64,000 bases of DNA from Methanolinea sp. (GTDB taxonomy: Archaea > Halobacteriota > Methanomicrobia > Methanomicrobiales > Methanospirillaceae), in NCBI GenBank assembly GCA_024518585.1, contig JANIHI010000008.1:6989-70988 (forward strand), in the 5' to 3' direction. The notes beneath the pieces were generated by a model. It was not told the DNA's origin and made no database searches. It was given only the letters and a program-made list of their open reading frames with translations. This document shows, piece after piece, positions 8,661 to 18,928 of this stretch (positions within the stretch are counted from its first letter, which is position 1; every line of letters begins with the position of its first letter). A program made the position numbers and the translations under genes.

Positions 8661-9056
8661 ATGGCAGAGGAAATGAAATGCGTATGCGGTGGACCCGGAG
8701 TGGGAGAAGGTGGGAAGAAAAGGGTTCTCTTCCCCTGTTCCGGTGCCTCCAACACAGGCCAGATCTCCAACCATGCAGCGGTCCGGCTCGCACAGGAGGG
8801 TTTTGGTATCCTCGCCTGCACGGCAGGGATTCCCATCCGTGCCCCTGCGACGATGGACAAGGTTGAGAAAGGGGAGGAGATGGTCGCCATCGACGGGTGT
8901 CCCGTCGCGTGTGCAAGAAAGGTGCTTGAGCAGCAGGGGATCACGGTTGGCCAGCATATCATTGTGACCGACCTTGGGATCAAGAAAACCGGTGAGCTGA
9001 TACCGTCCGAAGAAGAGATCGAGAAGGTCGTTGACGCCGCGTGGAGCAGTTCATAA
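8661..9056 (+). CDS. DGC-domain (putative zinc-binding) protein
   Basis: FPCSGASNTGQ...AIDGCPVACARK matches the DGC-domain signature. The start is taken at ATG 8661; GTG 8652 is also possible. Confidence 0.75.
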   Translation: MAEEMKCVCGGPGVGEGGKKRVLFPCSGASNTGQISNHAAVRLAQEGFGILACTAGIPIRAPATMDKVEKGEEMVAIDGCPVACARKVLEQQGITVGQHIIVTDLGIKKTGELIPSEEEIEKVVDAAWSSS

Positions 9057-9177
9057 AGGCGAGCGATACGTTCACCCACAGTCCTGGGATACGGAATGTC
9101 CCCCTCAGGCATCATGCATGGAATGAATGGAGAGAGGGCAGAGGAAAAGGAGAAAACAGTATCCTCGTAAAGGGGGA

Positions 9178-10263
9178 ATGGAAGTGACCGAGCGCCGCCT
9201 TAGTACTTTTGAGAAGTATCTCACGGTCTGGGTGGCCCTCTGCATCCTTGCCGGGATCGCTCTTGGAGCGATTGCGCCCGGTGTTGCCGTAGCCCTCGAT
9301 TCCTTCTCTGTCTACCAGGTCTCGATCCCGATTGCAATAGCCCTCTTCTTCATGATGTACCCCATCATGGTGAAGATCGACTTTGCCGAGGTGCTCAAGG
9401 CCGCCCGGACCCCAAAACCCGTGGCCCTCACCCTGTTTATCAACTGGGCCATAAAGCCGTTCACGATGTACCTCCTTGCCACGTTCTTCCTCGGATACGT
9501 CTTTGTCTCCTTCATCCCCGGGACCGAAGTGCTTGCAGACGGGAACACGGTCGAGCTCTGGAGGAGTTATGTCGCAGGCTGCATCCTGCTCGGCATCGCA
9601 CCCTGCACCGCCATGGTCTTGATGTGGAGCTACCTGGCACGGGGAAACGACGGCCTCACCCTGATCATGGTTGCCGTTAACTCGCTCACCATGCTCGTCC
9701 TCTACGCACCCCTTGGGGGGTTCCTCCTCGGGGTGAACGCGATGCCGATCCCCTGGGAGACCATCCTCCTCTCTGTCGCCATCTATGTCGGCCTTCCCCT
9801 CCTCGCCGGTTATTACACGAGGAAGTGGATTATTCAGCACAAGGGGATGTCATGGTTTGAAACAAAGTTCCTCCACCTCCTCACCCCTGTCTCTATCATT
9901 GCTCTCCTCGGGACGCTCGTCCTCCTCTTCACCTTCAAGGGAAACGTCATTGTCGAAAACCCGGCAACCATCCTCTGGATTGCGATCCCCCTCTTCATCC
10001 AGACCATGCTCATCTTTTCCATTGGGTACTTCGCCCTGGCCCGCTGGCTGAAACTTCCCTACCGCGACGCTGCCCCCGCTGCGATGATCGGGGCTTCTAA
10101 CCACTTCGAGGTCGCAATTGCCACCGCAACCATTCTCTTCGGGCTGGCTTCAGGAGCAGCGCTCGCAACGGTCGTAGGTGTGTTGATCGAAGTGCCCGTA
10201 ATGCTCATGCTCGTGAAGATTTGCTTGCGGACGCAGGGGTTATTCAGGAGTGAACCGGTATGA
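9178..10263 (+). CDS. acr3: ACR3-family arsenite efflux transporter
   Basis: [23 protein letters not shown]... and 10-TM BART-superfamily architecture, with GIAPCTAMV containing the conserved Cys. Start at MEVTERR. Confidence 0.85.
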   Translation: MEVTERRLSTFEKYLTVWVALCILAGIALGAIAPGVAVALDSFSVYQVSIPIAIALFFMMYPIMVKIDFAEVLKAARTPKPVALTLFINWAIKPFTMYLLATFFLGYVFVSFIPGTEVLADGNTVELWRSYVAGCILLGIAPCTAMVLMWSYLARGNDGLTLIMVAVNSLTMLVLYAPLGGFLLGVNAMPIPWETILLSVAIYVGLPLLAGYYTRKWIIQHKGMSWFETKFLHLLTPVSIIALLGTLVLLFTFKGNVIVENPATILWIAIPLFIQTMLIFSIGYFALARWLKLPYRDAAPAAMIGASNHFEVAIATATILFGLASGAALATVVGVLIEVPVMLMLVKICLRTQGLFRSEPV

Positions 10264-11108
10264 AAATGAAATCAATGCTTGTGCCATTGGAAATCCACGG
10301 TGCGGGAACGGTGATGGTCCCTGCCGTGGAAGAGATCGCCCGTCTCGGTATCGAGAGGGCAGACCTGCTGTATGTCGTAGGAGCTGATACAGGTCTCCTT
10401 GCCCGCGATCAACAGATAATGAATGAATGGAAACAGCGCCTGGAAGGATGTGGAGTAAAGGAGGTCCGGGTCGATATTGACGAGGGTATTCCCTGGATCG
10501 ATATCCTGGAACGGGCGGAAGCGGAGCCCCCCTCCCTCATTGTCATGGGATCGCACGGCAGATCTCTCATCCCCCGCATGTTCCTCGGCAGCCAGACAGA
10601 GAATGTGCTCCATCATGCAAAAGCCCCCCTCCTGATCCTCCGCCTCACCATCATGAAGAGTGGTGACCCCGACACCTGCACGATCCGCCCGGGGCTCTTC
10701 CGCCGGGTCCTCTACCTCACCGATTTCTCGGCCGAGGCGGAGCGGTGCATCCCGTTCATCGAGTGGCTGGCCGGTGCGAAACCCGAGCAGCTGGTCATCA
10801 TGCATGTCCAGGACACCCGTCGTCTCTGGACCGCTACGCAGGAACAGATTGCCGAATTCAATCGTAAAGACGCCGGGAGGCTCGCAGAACTGAAAAAACG
10901 GTTCGAACCACTGGGAATCCCCCAGGTCGTGACCGAGCTCGTCACCGGGAATGCCATCGATGAAATTCTGGCAGTGGAGGACTCCTTCGCACCGACGGTC
11001 ATCGTTATGGGGGCGAAGGGCCGGACCAGCAGTGTGAGTTCCCTGCTGGGCGGTGTCACAGAGGCAATAGTCCACAGGGCAAAGGCGCACGTGCTGGTGA
11101 TGAGGTAG
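10260..11108 (+). CDS. tandem universal stress protein (2 USP domains)
   Basis: Two repeats each end in a G-x-HG-x9-GS-type motif ([33 protein letters not shown]; [32 protein letters not shown]). ATGA overlap with acr3. Confidence 0.85.
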   Translation: MKMKSMLVPLEIHGAGTVMVPAVEEIARLGIERADLLYVVGADTGLLARDQQIMNEWKQRLEGCGVKEVRVDIDEGIPWIDILERAEAEPPSLIVMGSHGRSLIPRMFLGSQTENVLHHAKAPLLILRLTIMKSGDPDTCTIRPGLFRRVLYLTDFSAEAERCIPFIEWLAGAKPEQLVIMHVQDTRRLWTATQEQIAEFNRKDAGRLAELKKRFEPLGIPQVVTELVTGNAIDEILAVEDSFAPTVIVMGAKGRTSSVSSLLGGVTEAIVHRAKAHVLVMR

Positions 11109-11177
11109 TGATAAAAATCCTTTTAAATTGGGGCTTTTGGCTTTTGCGATGAGTTCGGTGAAACAGGGGCGGTAACG

Positions 11178-12650
11178 ATGGGGCACGGTGTTCATAAACC
11201 CGGCGAAGACAGAATGTCGGCGACGATGGCGAGCATCGAGAGGTGGCTTGGGAATCCGTTTACACGGGTCATCCTCCGCTGGTTGTCATCGGACTGTGCA
11301 CGATGCGGCAACAGGCTCGAGCTGGCACTGGACCGGTTCACTGGCAGGAAAAACTCGTCCCCCTGTGCATCCTGCCTTGTGGCGTCCTGGATCGTTGGAC
11401 TTACTATCAAGAAGAGCGGGGACGTCTTTGGCGTCAGTGATGACAGTTTAAAGGAGGGCCTTCTCGACCCCTACCTGAGGCGAGGTCTCTCGACCGTGAT
11501 CAGGGGGATTGCCCGCTATGGGGTCACCCGGCCGCAACGGGTGGATGCACCGTTCCTCGTGGTCTGGGACATCACGCACCGGTGCAACCTCAGGTGCATC
11601 CACTGCTACCAGGATGCCCATAAGGCCTTCCCCGATGAGATGAGTACAGAGGAAGCAAAAAAGGTCCTTGACGATCTCAGTGATGCCGGTGTGGTGGCGA
11701 TCGCCTTCTCCGGCGGTGAACCGCTCATGCGCCCGGACATGCGGGAACTGGTCAGCTACGCCAAGGACAAAGGCTTTTTCGTCTCGCTTGCCAGCAACGG
11801 TACCTTGATCGATGAGCACATGGCAAATGACCTTGCCGCCAGAAAGCTTGACTATATCGAGATCTCTGTTGACGGTGCAGACGCAGCGCACCACGACCTC
11901 TTCCGAGGGGTCCCCGGGGCGTTTGACAGGGCGGTGGCGGGGATACAGGCATGCGTTGGGGCGGGACTCGATACAGGGGTAGCGACAACAGTCACGCGGG
12001 AGACCGTCGGACAGCTCCCGGCCATCCACCAACTGGCGGCAGGCCTTGGTGTGAGCCGCATGATGTGTTTTAACTTTGTACCGACAGGCAGGGGAACCGG
12101 GATGGTTGACCAGGACATCCCCCCTGACCAGCGCGAAGCGCTTCACAGGTGGATCCTCGGAGTCGACCGTCGCGGCAACCTTCCTGTCCTGCTCTCGACG
12201 GCGCCACAGTTTGCCCGCGTGGCAGTCGAGGATGAACAAGGGGAGGGAGGCATCCCCGTCGGCCATTTCTATACAGGAAAGGGACTGGAGGGAAAGGCGG
12301 CGGCCCTCGCAGAATTCATTGGCGGGTGCGGGGCAGGGAGGATCTATTGTAGCATCGAGCCGGAGGGGACCGTCCAGCCCTGCGTCTTTTTACCTGTTCC
12401 GGCCGGCAACCTCCGGCAGTCATCGTTTGCTGAAATCTGGCATAACTCAGATGTCCTTTCCCACCTCCGCTCCCGCGAGAACCTCAAAGGGAATTGCGGG
12501 ACTTGCCGGTACCGGCTGCTTTGCGGGGGGTGCAGGGCGAGGGCATATGCATATTTCCAGGATCTCGATGCCCCGGACCCGGGGTGTATACGAAACCGGG
12601 TTCTCTGGGACTCGCTCAGCTCAAAGGCGGAGGCCGCCCATGCGTCATGA
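11178..12650 (+). CDS. radical SAM enzyme with C-terminal SPASM domain and ~120-aa Cys4 N-terminal extension
   Basis: ITHRCNLRCIHCY (CX3CX2C), GGEPL, and C-terminal CGAG...C...CGTC...CGGC SPASM-type cysteines. The N-terminus has CARC-x19-CASC. Confidence 0.85.
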   Translation: MGHGVHKPGEDRMSATMASIERWLGNPFTRVILRWLSSDCARCGNRLELALDRFTGRKNSSPCASCLVASWIVGLTIKKSGDVFGVSDDSLKEGLLDPYLRRGLSTVIRGIARYGVTRPQRVDAPFLVVWDITHRCNLRCIHCYQDAHKAFPDEMSTEEAKKVLDDLSDAGVVAIAFSGGEPLMRPDMRELVSYAKDKGFFVSLASNGTLIDEHMANDLAARKLDYIEISVDGADAAHHDLFRGVPGAFDRAVAGIQACVGAGLDTGVATTVTRETVGQLPAIHQLAAGLGVSRMMCFNFVPTGRGTGMVDQDIPPDQREALHRWILGVDRRGNLPVLLSTAPQFARVAVEDEQGEGGIPVGHFYTGKGLEGKAAALAEFIGGCGAGRIYCSIEPEGTVQPCVFLPVPAGNLRQSSFAEIWHNSDVLSHLRSRENLKGNCGTCRYRLLCGGCRARAYAYFQDLDAPDPGCIRNRVLWDSLSSKAEAAHAS

Positions 12651-12787
12651 ACGAAGGGTGTCACACCTCCCCCCGGAGGGTGCCGGATAAGATATTTTTG
12701 GGGAGCACAGGAAAAAGTTCTGAATTAACAGGGAAACAGGTGAATGAATTGACACACCTAGAAGAGATCAGGAAAAACGGTAAGACA

Positions 12788-13525
12788 ATGAAAGAGATCC
12801 TCGGCCTCCACGGGTCGCCCATCGGAGTCCGTATCGTACGGAAGGGTATCTCAGAGACGTTCTCCGAACCGTGCGCGGAAGAGCACATGCGGTTCTGCCA
12901 GGCCCTGATGAGGGGCCGGCACGGAATGCGAACGGTGATTTGCAAGGAGAACCTCGTATGCCCGGCGGCGGCCTGTGCATTCGGGTTCAAACCGCTTCCA
13001 GAGCCGTTGAAGACCGGCAAGGGCCTTGTTGGTTTTGGCATCACGGCAAGAGAAGAGATCGGAGTGAGGATGTTCGAAGAAATGACGGTGTTTGAAAAGG
13101 GTAATATTGATCGGATCGACGTATTCCCTCTCGAAAAAGCCAGGATAGAGCCGGACATCGTGGTGGTGGAGGACGAAGTGGAGAAACTCATGTGGATCGT
13201 CCTCGCCTCGATGCACAGCCGTGGCGGCGAACGGGTCCGGGGGACCACGGCCGTGCTGCAGGCTACCTGCGTGGACGCGACTATCATTCCCTATAAGGAA
13301 CAGCGACTCAACTTCAACTTCGGATGTTATGGCTGCCGGGATGCGACCGATATCGGACCGGGTGAAGCGATCGTCGGGTTTCCGATCGACGAACTGCCTT
13401 CGATTATCACCCACCTGGAGTACCTGAACAAGAAGGCCCTTCCCCATTCACGGGGCAAGCATGCCTTGGAAGCGTTCATGAAACAACACAAGGGCGGGGA
13501 TGAAGGTTCATGTTCGTCGCTGTGA
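12788..13525 (+). CDS. DUF169-like protein
   Basis: GLHGSPIGVRIV...CPAAACAFGFKP...GCYGCRDATDI resembles the DUF169 family from memory. An alternative GTG start lies at 12740. Confidence 0.6.
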   Translation: MKEILGLHGSPIGVRIVRKGISETFSEPCAEEHMRFCQALMRGRHGMRTVICKENLVCPAAACAFGFKPLPEPLKTGKGLVGFGITAREEIGVRMFEEMTVFEKGNIDRIDVFPLEKARIEPDIVVVEDEVEKLMWIVLASMHSRGGERVRGTTAVLQATCVDATIIPYKEQRLNFNFGCYGCRDATDIGPGEAIVGFPIDELPSIITHLEYLNKKALPHSRGKHALEAFMKQHKGGDEGSCSSL

Positions 13526-13656
13526 CCAATGGCTGGGCATAGAGGAAAATACCACTGATGCATCACGCACACAGGCGTGCCGAATACATACGCGATAGCG
13601 TGTTGCAGTCGTAAATGAGGGGAAATGAAGGTTTCAGAGAAGACCCGGGGGATATA

Positions 13657-14691
13657 ATGGCAAAGAAAAATGCGCTGTTGAAGTATGCAGCGTTCGTGAG
13701 AGAATACTATGCACTTATCATCATTGCAACCCTTTTCGTGGCAGTAGCAGTCGGGCTGGTCTCATCCGCTCCAGGAAGGGTTCTCCAGCGGTACAGCGTG
13801 CTGTTCATCGTGATCATGATCGGGGCAATGGGCTTTTCCATCACCTTCAAGAGCCTCAGTGCCTCTCTCAAGGAATGGTGTGCACGCTGCCTCTCGCTTG
13901 GCCTGGTATTGAACTTCCTCTTTGCACCGTTCCTGTGCTGGCTCCTTGCTCTCCTGCTGCTCCAGGAATATCCTGATTTTGCCGTGGGGCTTATCCTTAT
14001 CGGCGCGGTCCCCTGCGCCGGGATGGCCATGGTATGGACCGGTCTCCTGAAGGGTGACCTCCCGCTCGCAACCGTTATCAATGCCGTGACGATGGTGCTC
14101 GCACCCTTCCTGATCCCATTGATCATGCTCTTTTTTGCCGGGCGCTTTGTCGTTATTGATATGGCTGCCATGTTTGTGCAGGTGCTCCTCACCGTCCTCT
14201 TACCCCTCCTTATCGGCATATCCCTGCGGGAGATCCTTGAATGGAGGACCTGTGCCCAAAAAGGCCAGGATGACCCCCAAAACCGCGGCACGACAAGGAG
14301 AGAGAACAGCGTGCAGTATATACTCCCCATCATGTCAGCGATCTCCGCGACCATGGCAGTCCTGCTCATGTTCATGGCCATCAATACGAGTATCCCGCTC
14401 ATCCTGAAAAATCTCGCCTCTATCGTCCCGCTGGTCATGTCGACCGTGACGATCTTCCCGATTTTATTCATTGTCTCATACGTGATCAGCGTGCGGCTCT
14501 TCCCCCATGCCCAGAACATTGCCCTCACCTACTCTTCCGGCATGAAAAACCTCCCCATTGCCATCGGGATAGCCTCGGTCAGTTTCGGGGGGCTCGCGAT
14601 GCTGCCGGTCGCGGTTGGATTTGCCTTCCAGATGCTGACTGCAGTCGGGTTCTACCAGGTATACAAGAGATCCTCCGCGGACAGCCGTTGA
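13657..14691 (+). CDS. bile acid:sodium symporter (BASS/ACR3-related) family transporter
   Basis: About 10 TM helices. LILIGAVPCAGMAMVWTGLLKGD and TYSSGMKNLPIAIGIA are typical SBF-like motifs. Confidence 0.7.
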   Translation: MAKKNALLKYAAFVREYYALIIIATLFVAVAVGLVSSAPGRVLQRYSVLFIVIMIGAMGFSITFKSLSASLKEWCARCLSLGLVLNFLFAPFLCWLLALLLLQEYPDFAVGLILIGAVPCAGMAMVWTGLLKGDLPLATVINAVTMVLAPFLIPLIMLFFAGRFVVIDMAAMFVQVLLTVLLPLLIGISLREILEWRTCAQKGQDDPQNRGTTRRENSVQYILPIMSAISATMAVLLMFMAINTSIPLILKNLASIVPLVMSTVTIFPILFIVSYVISVRLFPHAQNIALTYSSGMKNLPIAIGIASVSFGGLAMLPVAVGFAFQMLTAVGFYQVYKRSSADSR

Positions 14692-14717
14692 TTGGGTGAA
14701 GCGAGGAGACATTTTTT

Positions 14718-16118
14718 ATGAACGTCCCAGCATGTTCTCACAGCACCCGATTGGACCAGCGTAGTATCCTCCTTGTCGCAATACTCACCTCGTTTCTCAC
14801 GCCGTTCCTGATCTCCTCCGTCAATATTGCCATTCCTGCCATAGGGTCGGAATTCGGGGCAGATGCCGTCCTCCTCGGCTGGATTCCGACATCCTACATC
14901 CTGGCATCGGCGATCTTCCTCATCCCGGTAGGAAGGCTCGCCGACATCCATGGCATGCGGCGGGTCTTCTTCCCGGGGATTGTCATTGTTACCATCGCAA
15001 CGGTTCTCTGTGCATTTTCTGTTTCTACCCCCATGCTCATCGGTTTCCGGGTACTCCAGGGGATAGGGAATGCCATGGTCTTCTCGACTGCGGTTGCTGC
15101 TCTCACTATCGTGTATCCCCCGGGGAAGCGGGGTATGGCGCTTGGGCTCAGTGTCACGGCGTCCTACATCGGGCTCTCCCTCGGCCCTTTCATTGGAGGG
15201 ATATTGACCCAGAACCTCGGATGGCGGAGCATCTTCCTTGCCACGATCCCGATCTCGGCACTCATTATCCTCCTGCTCATGCAAAACGGTGACGAGTGGA
15301 CAGAGAGAATCCCGGAGCGCTTCGATCTTGCAGGGTCCATCGTCTATGGCTCCATGCTCCTCTGCCTGATGTACGGCCTCTCGCTCCTCCCCGGGACGGA
15401 AGGGTGGGCCTTTGTTCTTGGCAGCCTGCCGCTGCTCGCGATCTTTGTCCTCTGGGAGATGCGCATCGAGAGCCCGATTATAAAGGTCAGCCTGTTCCTG
15501 GAGAACCGCGTCTTTTCCTTCTCGAGCATCGCAACGATGATCAATTACAGTGCCACCTTTGCAACAAGCTTCCTCCTTGCACTCTACCTCCAGTTCAACA
15601 GGGGATTTGACCCCCAGGCCACAGGTCTCATTATCATGGCGCAGCCGGTCGTGCAGGCGGTCTTTTCACCCGCGGCAGGCCGTCTCTCTGACCGCGTGGA
15701 GCCGGGACTCATCGCATCGGCAGGGATGGGTGCAACGGTGATCGGCCTTGTGATGCTTGCCCTCCTCGCAGAGGAGACGCCTCTTCTCTTCATCGTGGCC
15801 GCCCTCGTCGCCCTTGGCATCGGTTTTGCGCTCTTCTCATCGCCAAACACGAATGCTATCATGAGTTCGGTAGACCGGAAATTTTTTGGCGTTGCCTCAG
15901 CCACCGTTGCAACCGCCCGCCAGGTCGGGATGATGCTCTCACTCGGTGTCACCATGGTGATTTTCTCGCTGGTCATCGGGCGTGTCCAGATCACCCCGGA
16001 AGTGCACGCGCAACTCCTGGAAAGCATACAGATTGCCTTCACAGTCTTTGCAGTCCTCTGCGCGGCGGGAATCTACTTCTCGCTCGCACGGGGGAAGGTG
16101 AGGGAGGAAGCAGGGTAG
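14718..16118 (+). CDS. MFS transporter (14-TM DHA2/EmrB-like)
   Basis: 466 aa and polytopic. The GRLADIHGMRRVF loop motif (G-x-L-x-D-x-x-G-R-R) lies between TM2 and TM3. Confidence 0.85.
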   Translation: MNVPACSHSTRLDQRSILLVAILTSFLTPFLISSVNIAIPAIGSEFGADAVLLGWIPTSYILASAIFLIPVGRLADIHGMRRVFFPGIVIVTIATVLCAFSVSTPMLIGFRVLQGIGNAMVFSTAVAALTIVYPPGKRGMALGLSVTASYIGLSLGPFIGGILTQNLGWRSIFLATIPISALIILLLMQNGDEWTERIPERFDLAGSIVYGSMLLCLMYGLSLLPGTEGWAFVLGSLPLLAIFVLWEMRIESPIIKVSLFLENRVFSFSSIATMINYSATFATSFLLALYLQFNRGFDPQATGLIIMAQPVVQAVFSPAAGRLSDRVEPGLIASAGMGATVIGLVMLALLAEETPLLFIVAALVALGIGFALFSSPNTNAIMSSVDRKFFGVASATVATARQVGMMLSLGVTMVIFSLVIGRVQITPEVHAQLLESIQIAFTVFAVLCAAGIYFSLARGKVREEAG

Positions 16119-16142
16119 ACCGGCGTGCAAAAAAGGGCTCTC

Positions 16143-17552
16143 TCACCCGACGCATATGAGTCGGCGAATGAATATGCCTGCCCACATGTAACCGACGAAA
16201 CCCCCGATAATATTCCCGACGACGATTCCGGAATAGACACCAAACTCGCCGAGCCCGAGCACTATGCCAAGGATGAATGCAAAGAGCAGATCAAAGGCAA
16301 GGGTCCTGAGGAGGCTGATGACAAGGGACGTAAAGCCGTGCCCCGTCCCCTGGAAGACGGAGGACGAAAACATCCCCAGCGGGATGAAGGGGTAAAAGAA
16401 GCACATGGTCTGGAAGAAGAGGATGAAGGCCGGGAAGAGGTGAGCGCTCTCGGGTGAATACGTGAAGAGTGCCGTAATCTGGGGGGAGAGCAGGTAGGTA
16501 AGGATACCGGTCACGAGGCCGATACCAACCCCGATACGGATCGAGTACTGGTGCACGGTGCGGATCTTTTCATATTCCCGTGCCCCGTATGCTGCCCCGG
16601 AAACGGCAATGACCGATGTTGCGATCCCTATCAGGGGGACGATTGCAAACATCACGATTCTCCAGCCCGAGGTATAGACGGCAACTGCATCGGTGCCCGC
16701 GATCGTGACAAGGATGAGGTTGATCGAAAGGGACATGACCGAGAGGAGGAGGTACTCGAGGCTCGCCGGGATTCCCACATCGAGGATGGACCGGAAGATC
16801 CGCATGTCAGGCGAGAAACCCCGGAATTTTAGATTGACAAAGGTGTCATTGCTGATAAAAAACCAGTAAGCAAGCACGACGAGGACTGACGCTATCGAGA
16901 TGACGGTGGCAATCGCTGCACCGGCAACCCCGAGTCCTGCCCAGTAGATGAGGATCGGGTCGAGGATGATGTTGAGCACTGATGAGACGGCCATTGCGTA
17001 CATCGTCCTCTTTGTATCACCCTCGGCCCTGAGGACGGCATAGGCCATCTGGACGACGAGGAAAAATATCGTGCCCAAAAAGACGATCTGCCCGTATTCA
17101 ACTGCAATGTCGGTCACCGGCCCCGCACCGAGCAGGACCACGATGGGGCGCAGGAAGAGGACAAATATGACCGTCAGGACCGCTGAGACGATGAAAGCGG
17201 TGAGGATAGCGTGGCTGGCCGCGGTATCTGCCCCCTCTTTGTCACGGGCCCCTATGCACCGTGCGACAACCGAGGTCGCCCCTGCCCCCAACCCGTTCGA
17301 GAGGCCCATCAGGATCATGAAGAGCGGCGTGACGAAGCCGACACCGGCGAGGGCATCGGAACCGAGCCCCGCAACCCATATGGCATCGGCGAGGTTGTAG
17401 ATCGCAATCAGGAACATAGCAACGATCATCGGGCCGGCAAGCTTCCGGACGGCGACTTTCGGGTCGCCCCGGAGGATGCTGACTCCCCTCGTCACCTGTT
17501 CGTCGAATGCACGTCCAGGTGCGTCCCCGTCTTTATCCGCTGTTGCAGTCAT
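16143..17552 (-). CDS. MATE-family efflux transporter
   Basis: 469 aa, 12 TM, with an N-terminal ILRGDPKVAVRKLAGPMIVAMFL-type MatE repeat. Overlaps marR by 20 nt. Confidence 0.85.
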   Translation of the reverse strand: MTATADKDGDAPGRAFDEQVTRGVSILRGDPKVAVRKLAGPMIVAMFLIAIYNLADAIWVAGLGSDALAGVGFVTPLFMILMGLSNGLGAGATSVVARCIGARDKEGADTAASHAILTAFIVSAVLTVIFVLFLRPIVVLLGAGPVTDIAVEYGQIVFLGTIFFLVVQMAYAVLRAEGDTKRTMYAMAVSSVLNIILDPILIYWAGLGVAGAAIATVISIASVLVVLAYWFFISNDTFVNLKFRGFSPDMRIFRSILDVGIPASLEYLLLSVMSLSINLILVTIAGTDAVAVYTSGWRIVMFAIVPLIGIATSVIAVSGAAYGAREYEKIRTVHQYSIRIGVGIGLVTGILTYLLSPQITALFTYSPESAHLFPAFILFFQTMCFFYPFIPLGMFSSSVFQGTGHGFTSLVISLLRTLAFDLLFAFILGIVLGLGEFGVYSGIVVGNIIGGFVGYMWAGIFIRRLICVG

Positions 17553-17994
17553 CCTTGCATTCCTCTCCTATCAGGTGCATGCTCTGGCGCGCGAGGACCA
17601 TGAGATGATCCCGGACCCGGACCCGGTCCTCCCTCGCAAGGACAGCAAGGAGTTCTTCCTCCCATTCTGCCTCGATACCGAGGATTTCGGCGATCGTCCC
17701 CCTCCCTTTGTCCGTCAGGAAAAGCCCCCAGGCACGACGTTTCCCGGGTATTTTTCTCCGGGAGATGAAACCACCCCGTTCCAGGCGCCGTACGGCACGG
17801 GCAACCGTTGCCTTGTCGAGGTAGAAGAACCGCGCAAGGGTCTCCTGCATCACACCCTCCTTTTGGGACAGGTACATGAGGAGGGGGAACTGCCCGGCGG
17901 CAAGGCCACGTGGCACCAGGTGCCTGTTCAGGGCGATGGAGTGGTTCCGGTGAATGAGGGAGAAAATGGCTCCCAGGGGGAGGTCAGGGTGCAT
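17533..17994 (-). CDS. MarR-family transcriptional regulator
   Basis: 153 aa. The winged-HTH segment is GQFPLLMYLSQKEGVMQETLARFFYLDKATVARAVRRLERGGFISR. Confidence 0.85.
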   Translation of the reverse strand: MHPDLPLGAIFSLIHRNHSIALNRHLVPRGLAAGQFPLLMYLSQKEGVMQETLARFFYLDKATVARAVRRLERGGFISRRKIPGKRRAWGLFLTDKGRGTIAEILGIEAEWEEELLAVLAREDRVRVRDHLMVLARQSMHLIGEECKDDCNSG

Positions 17995-18022
17995 CAGGCA
18001 TCAATAGCAGTAAAGGTGAGCA

Positions 18023-18052
18023 GGGTTGCTGTATAAAAGTTGCGTATGCAAC
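18023..18052 (-). promoter_or_regulatory. marR-MATE promoter: TATA-like TTTTATA with GTTGC-N4-GCAAC palindrome and a third GCAAC half-site
   Basis: Plus strand gttgcgtatgcaac at 18039-18052, tataaaa at 18032-18038 and gttgc at 18024-18028. It lies about 40 nt upstream of the MarR ATG (17994). Confidence 0.4.
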
Positions 18053-18154
18053 AATAAAATTCTTCAAACCCCCTCCCATGTGGACGGGAGGAAAACCGGG
18101 ACATGTCCTCTTATCCTGCTGCCATGATACCCGGGATAGACCAGGGTTTTTGTT

Positions 18155-18757
18155 TCAGGAGACCGGCATGAGGATGTCAGGGAACTCCTGTGTCCTCTCG
18201 AGTGACCTGACCCGCGTTTTTAAGATCAGGGTGTGACCGATACATCTGGTTGCAAGGAAACCACAGTCGGCGTTGACCTGAATCGTTTCAGTCTTAAGCG
18301 ATCCTCCCTGAAGGTCCCCGATGCACCTTTCGATGGATGGGCCCGCGTTGATAAAAATCCTCTCTCCGGCATCGTTGAACACCTCCAGGATGACACAGAC
18401 TGAATGGGCCGTCTCGTCGCCCGTGTTTGCAATCGTTGCCGTGGTCTCCCGGCAGGTAAGACCACAACTTGCGGGTGTCCCGGAGTCCAGGGTGAATGCA
18501 ACGGGCCGGGGGGCTGGAGTCAGAGAGACTGTAACCGGTGTTGTCCCCCCGGTCTGAACCAGCGTCACCGCCGCCACCTGGTCGCTTGACGGCGTTGCCA
18601 CCGGAGTCCAGGTATCCATGATATCCCGTGCAGAATCGGGATGGGGTGTGACTCCCCCACCTTGTTGAATCTGGTCCGGGACCAGGAGCCAGATCCCAAG
18701 ACAAATAACCACTCCGATACCGAGAATCACTGCAAGGATCGCAGGGGAGAATTTCAT
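18155..18757 (-). CDS. hypothetical membrane-anchored extracellular protein (N-terminal TM, T/P-rich linker, Cys-containing beta-rich domain)
   Basis: MKFSPAILAVILGIGVVICLGIWLLV signal anchor. No family recognised. Confidence 0.55.
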   Translation of the reverse strand: MKFSPAILAVILGIGVVICLGIWLLVPDQIQQGGGVTPHPDSARDIMDTWTPVATPSSDQVAAVTLVQTGGTTPVTVSLTPAPRPVAFTLDSGTPASCGLTCRETTATIANTGDETAHSVCVILEVFNDAGERIFINAGPSIERCIGDLQGGSLKTETIQVNADCGFLATRCIGHTLILKTRVRSLERTQEFPDILMPVS

Positions 18758-18928
18758 CCGGTCTGGTATATGACGGGAAAGGACAAGAACCCCCCCGTTA
18801 GCCCCTGCAGGAGAGTATTCCTATATCAGGAAAACGGATACCATAGAATGGGATGCGACGGTCTTTTCGTGAGAAAATTTTCATGGAAGAAAAACCATGA
18901 TGAATTATTCTTTTAGGGGCATGAACTA

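Noticed and set aside
16125-16457. 110-aa acidic plus-strand ORF
   Set aside because: It is antisense to the 3' part of the MATE transporter gene. Its D/E/K/G-rich composition is the mirror of a hydrophobic membrane protein.
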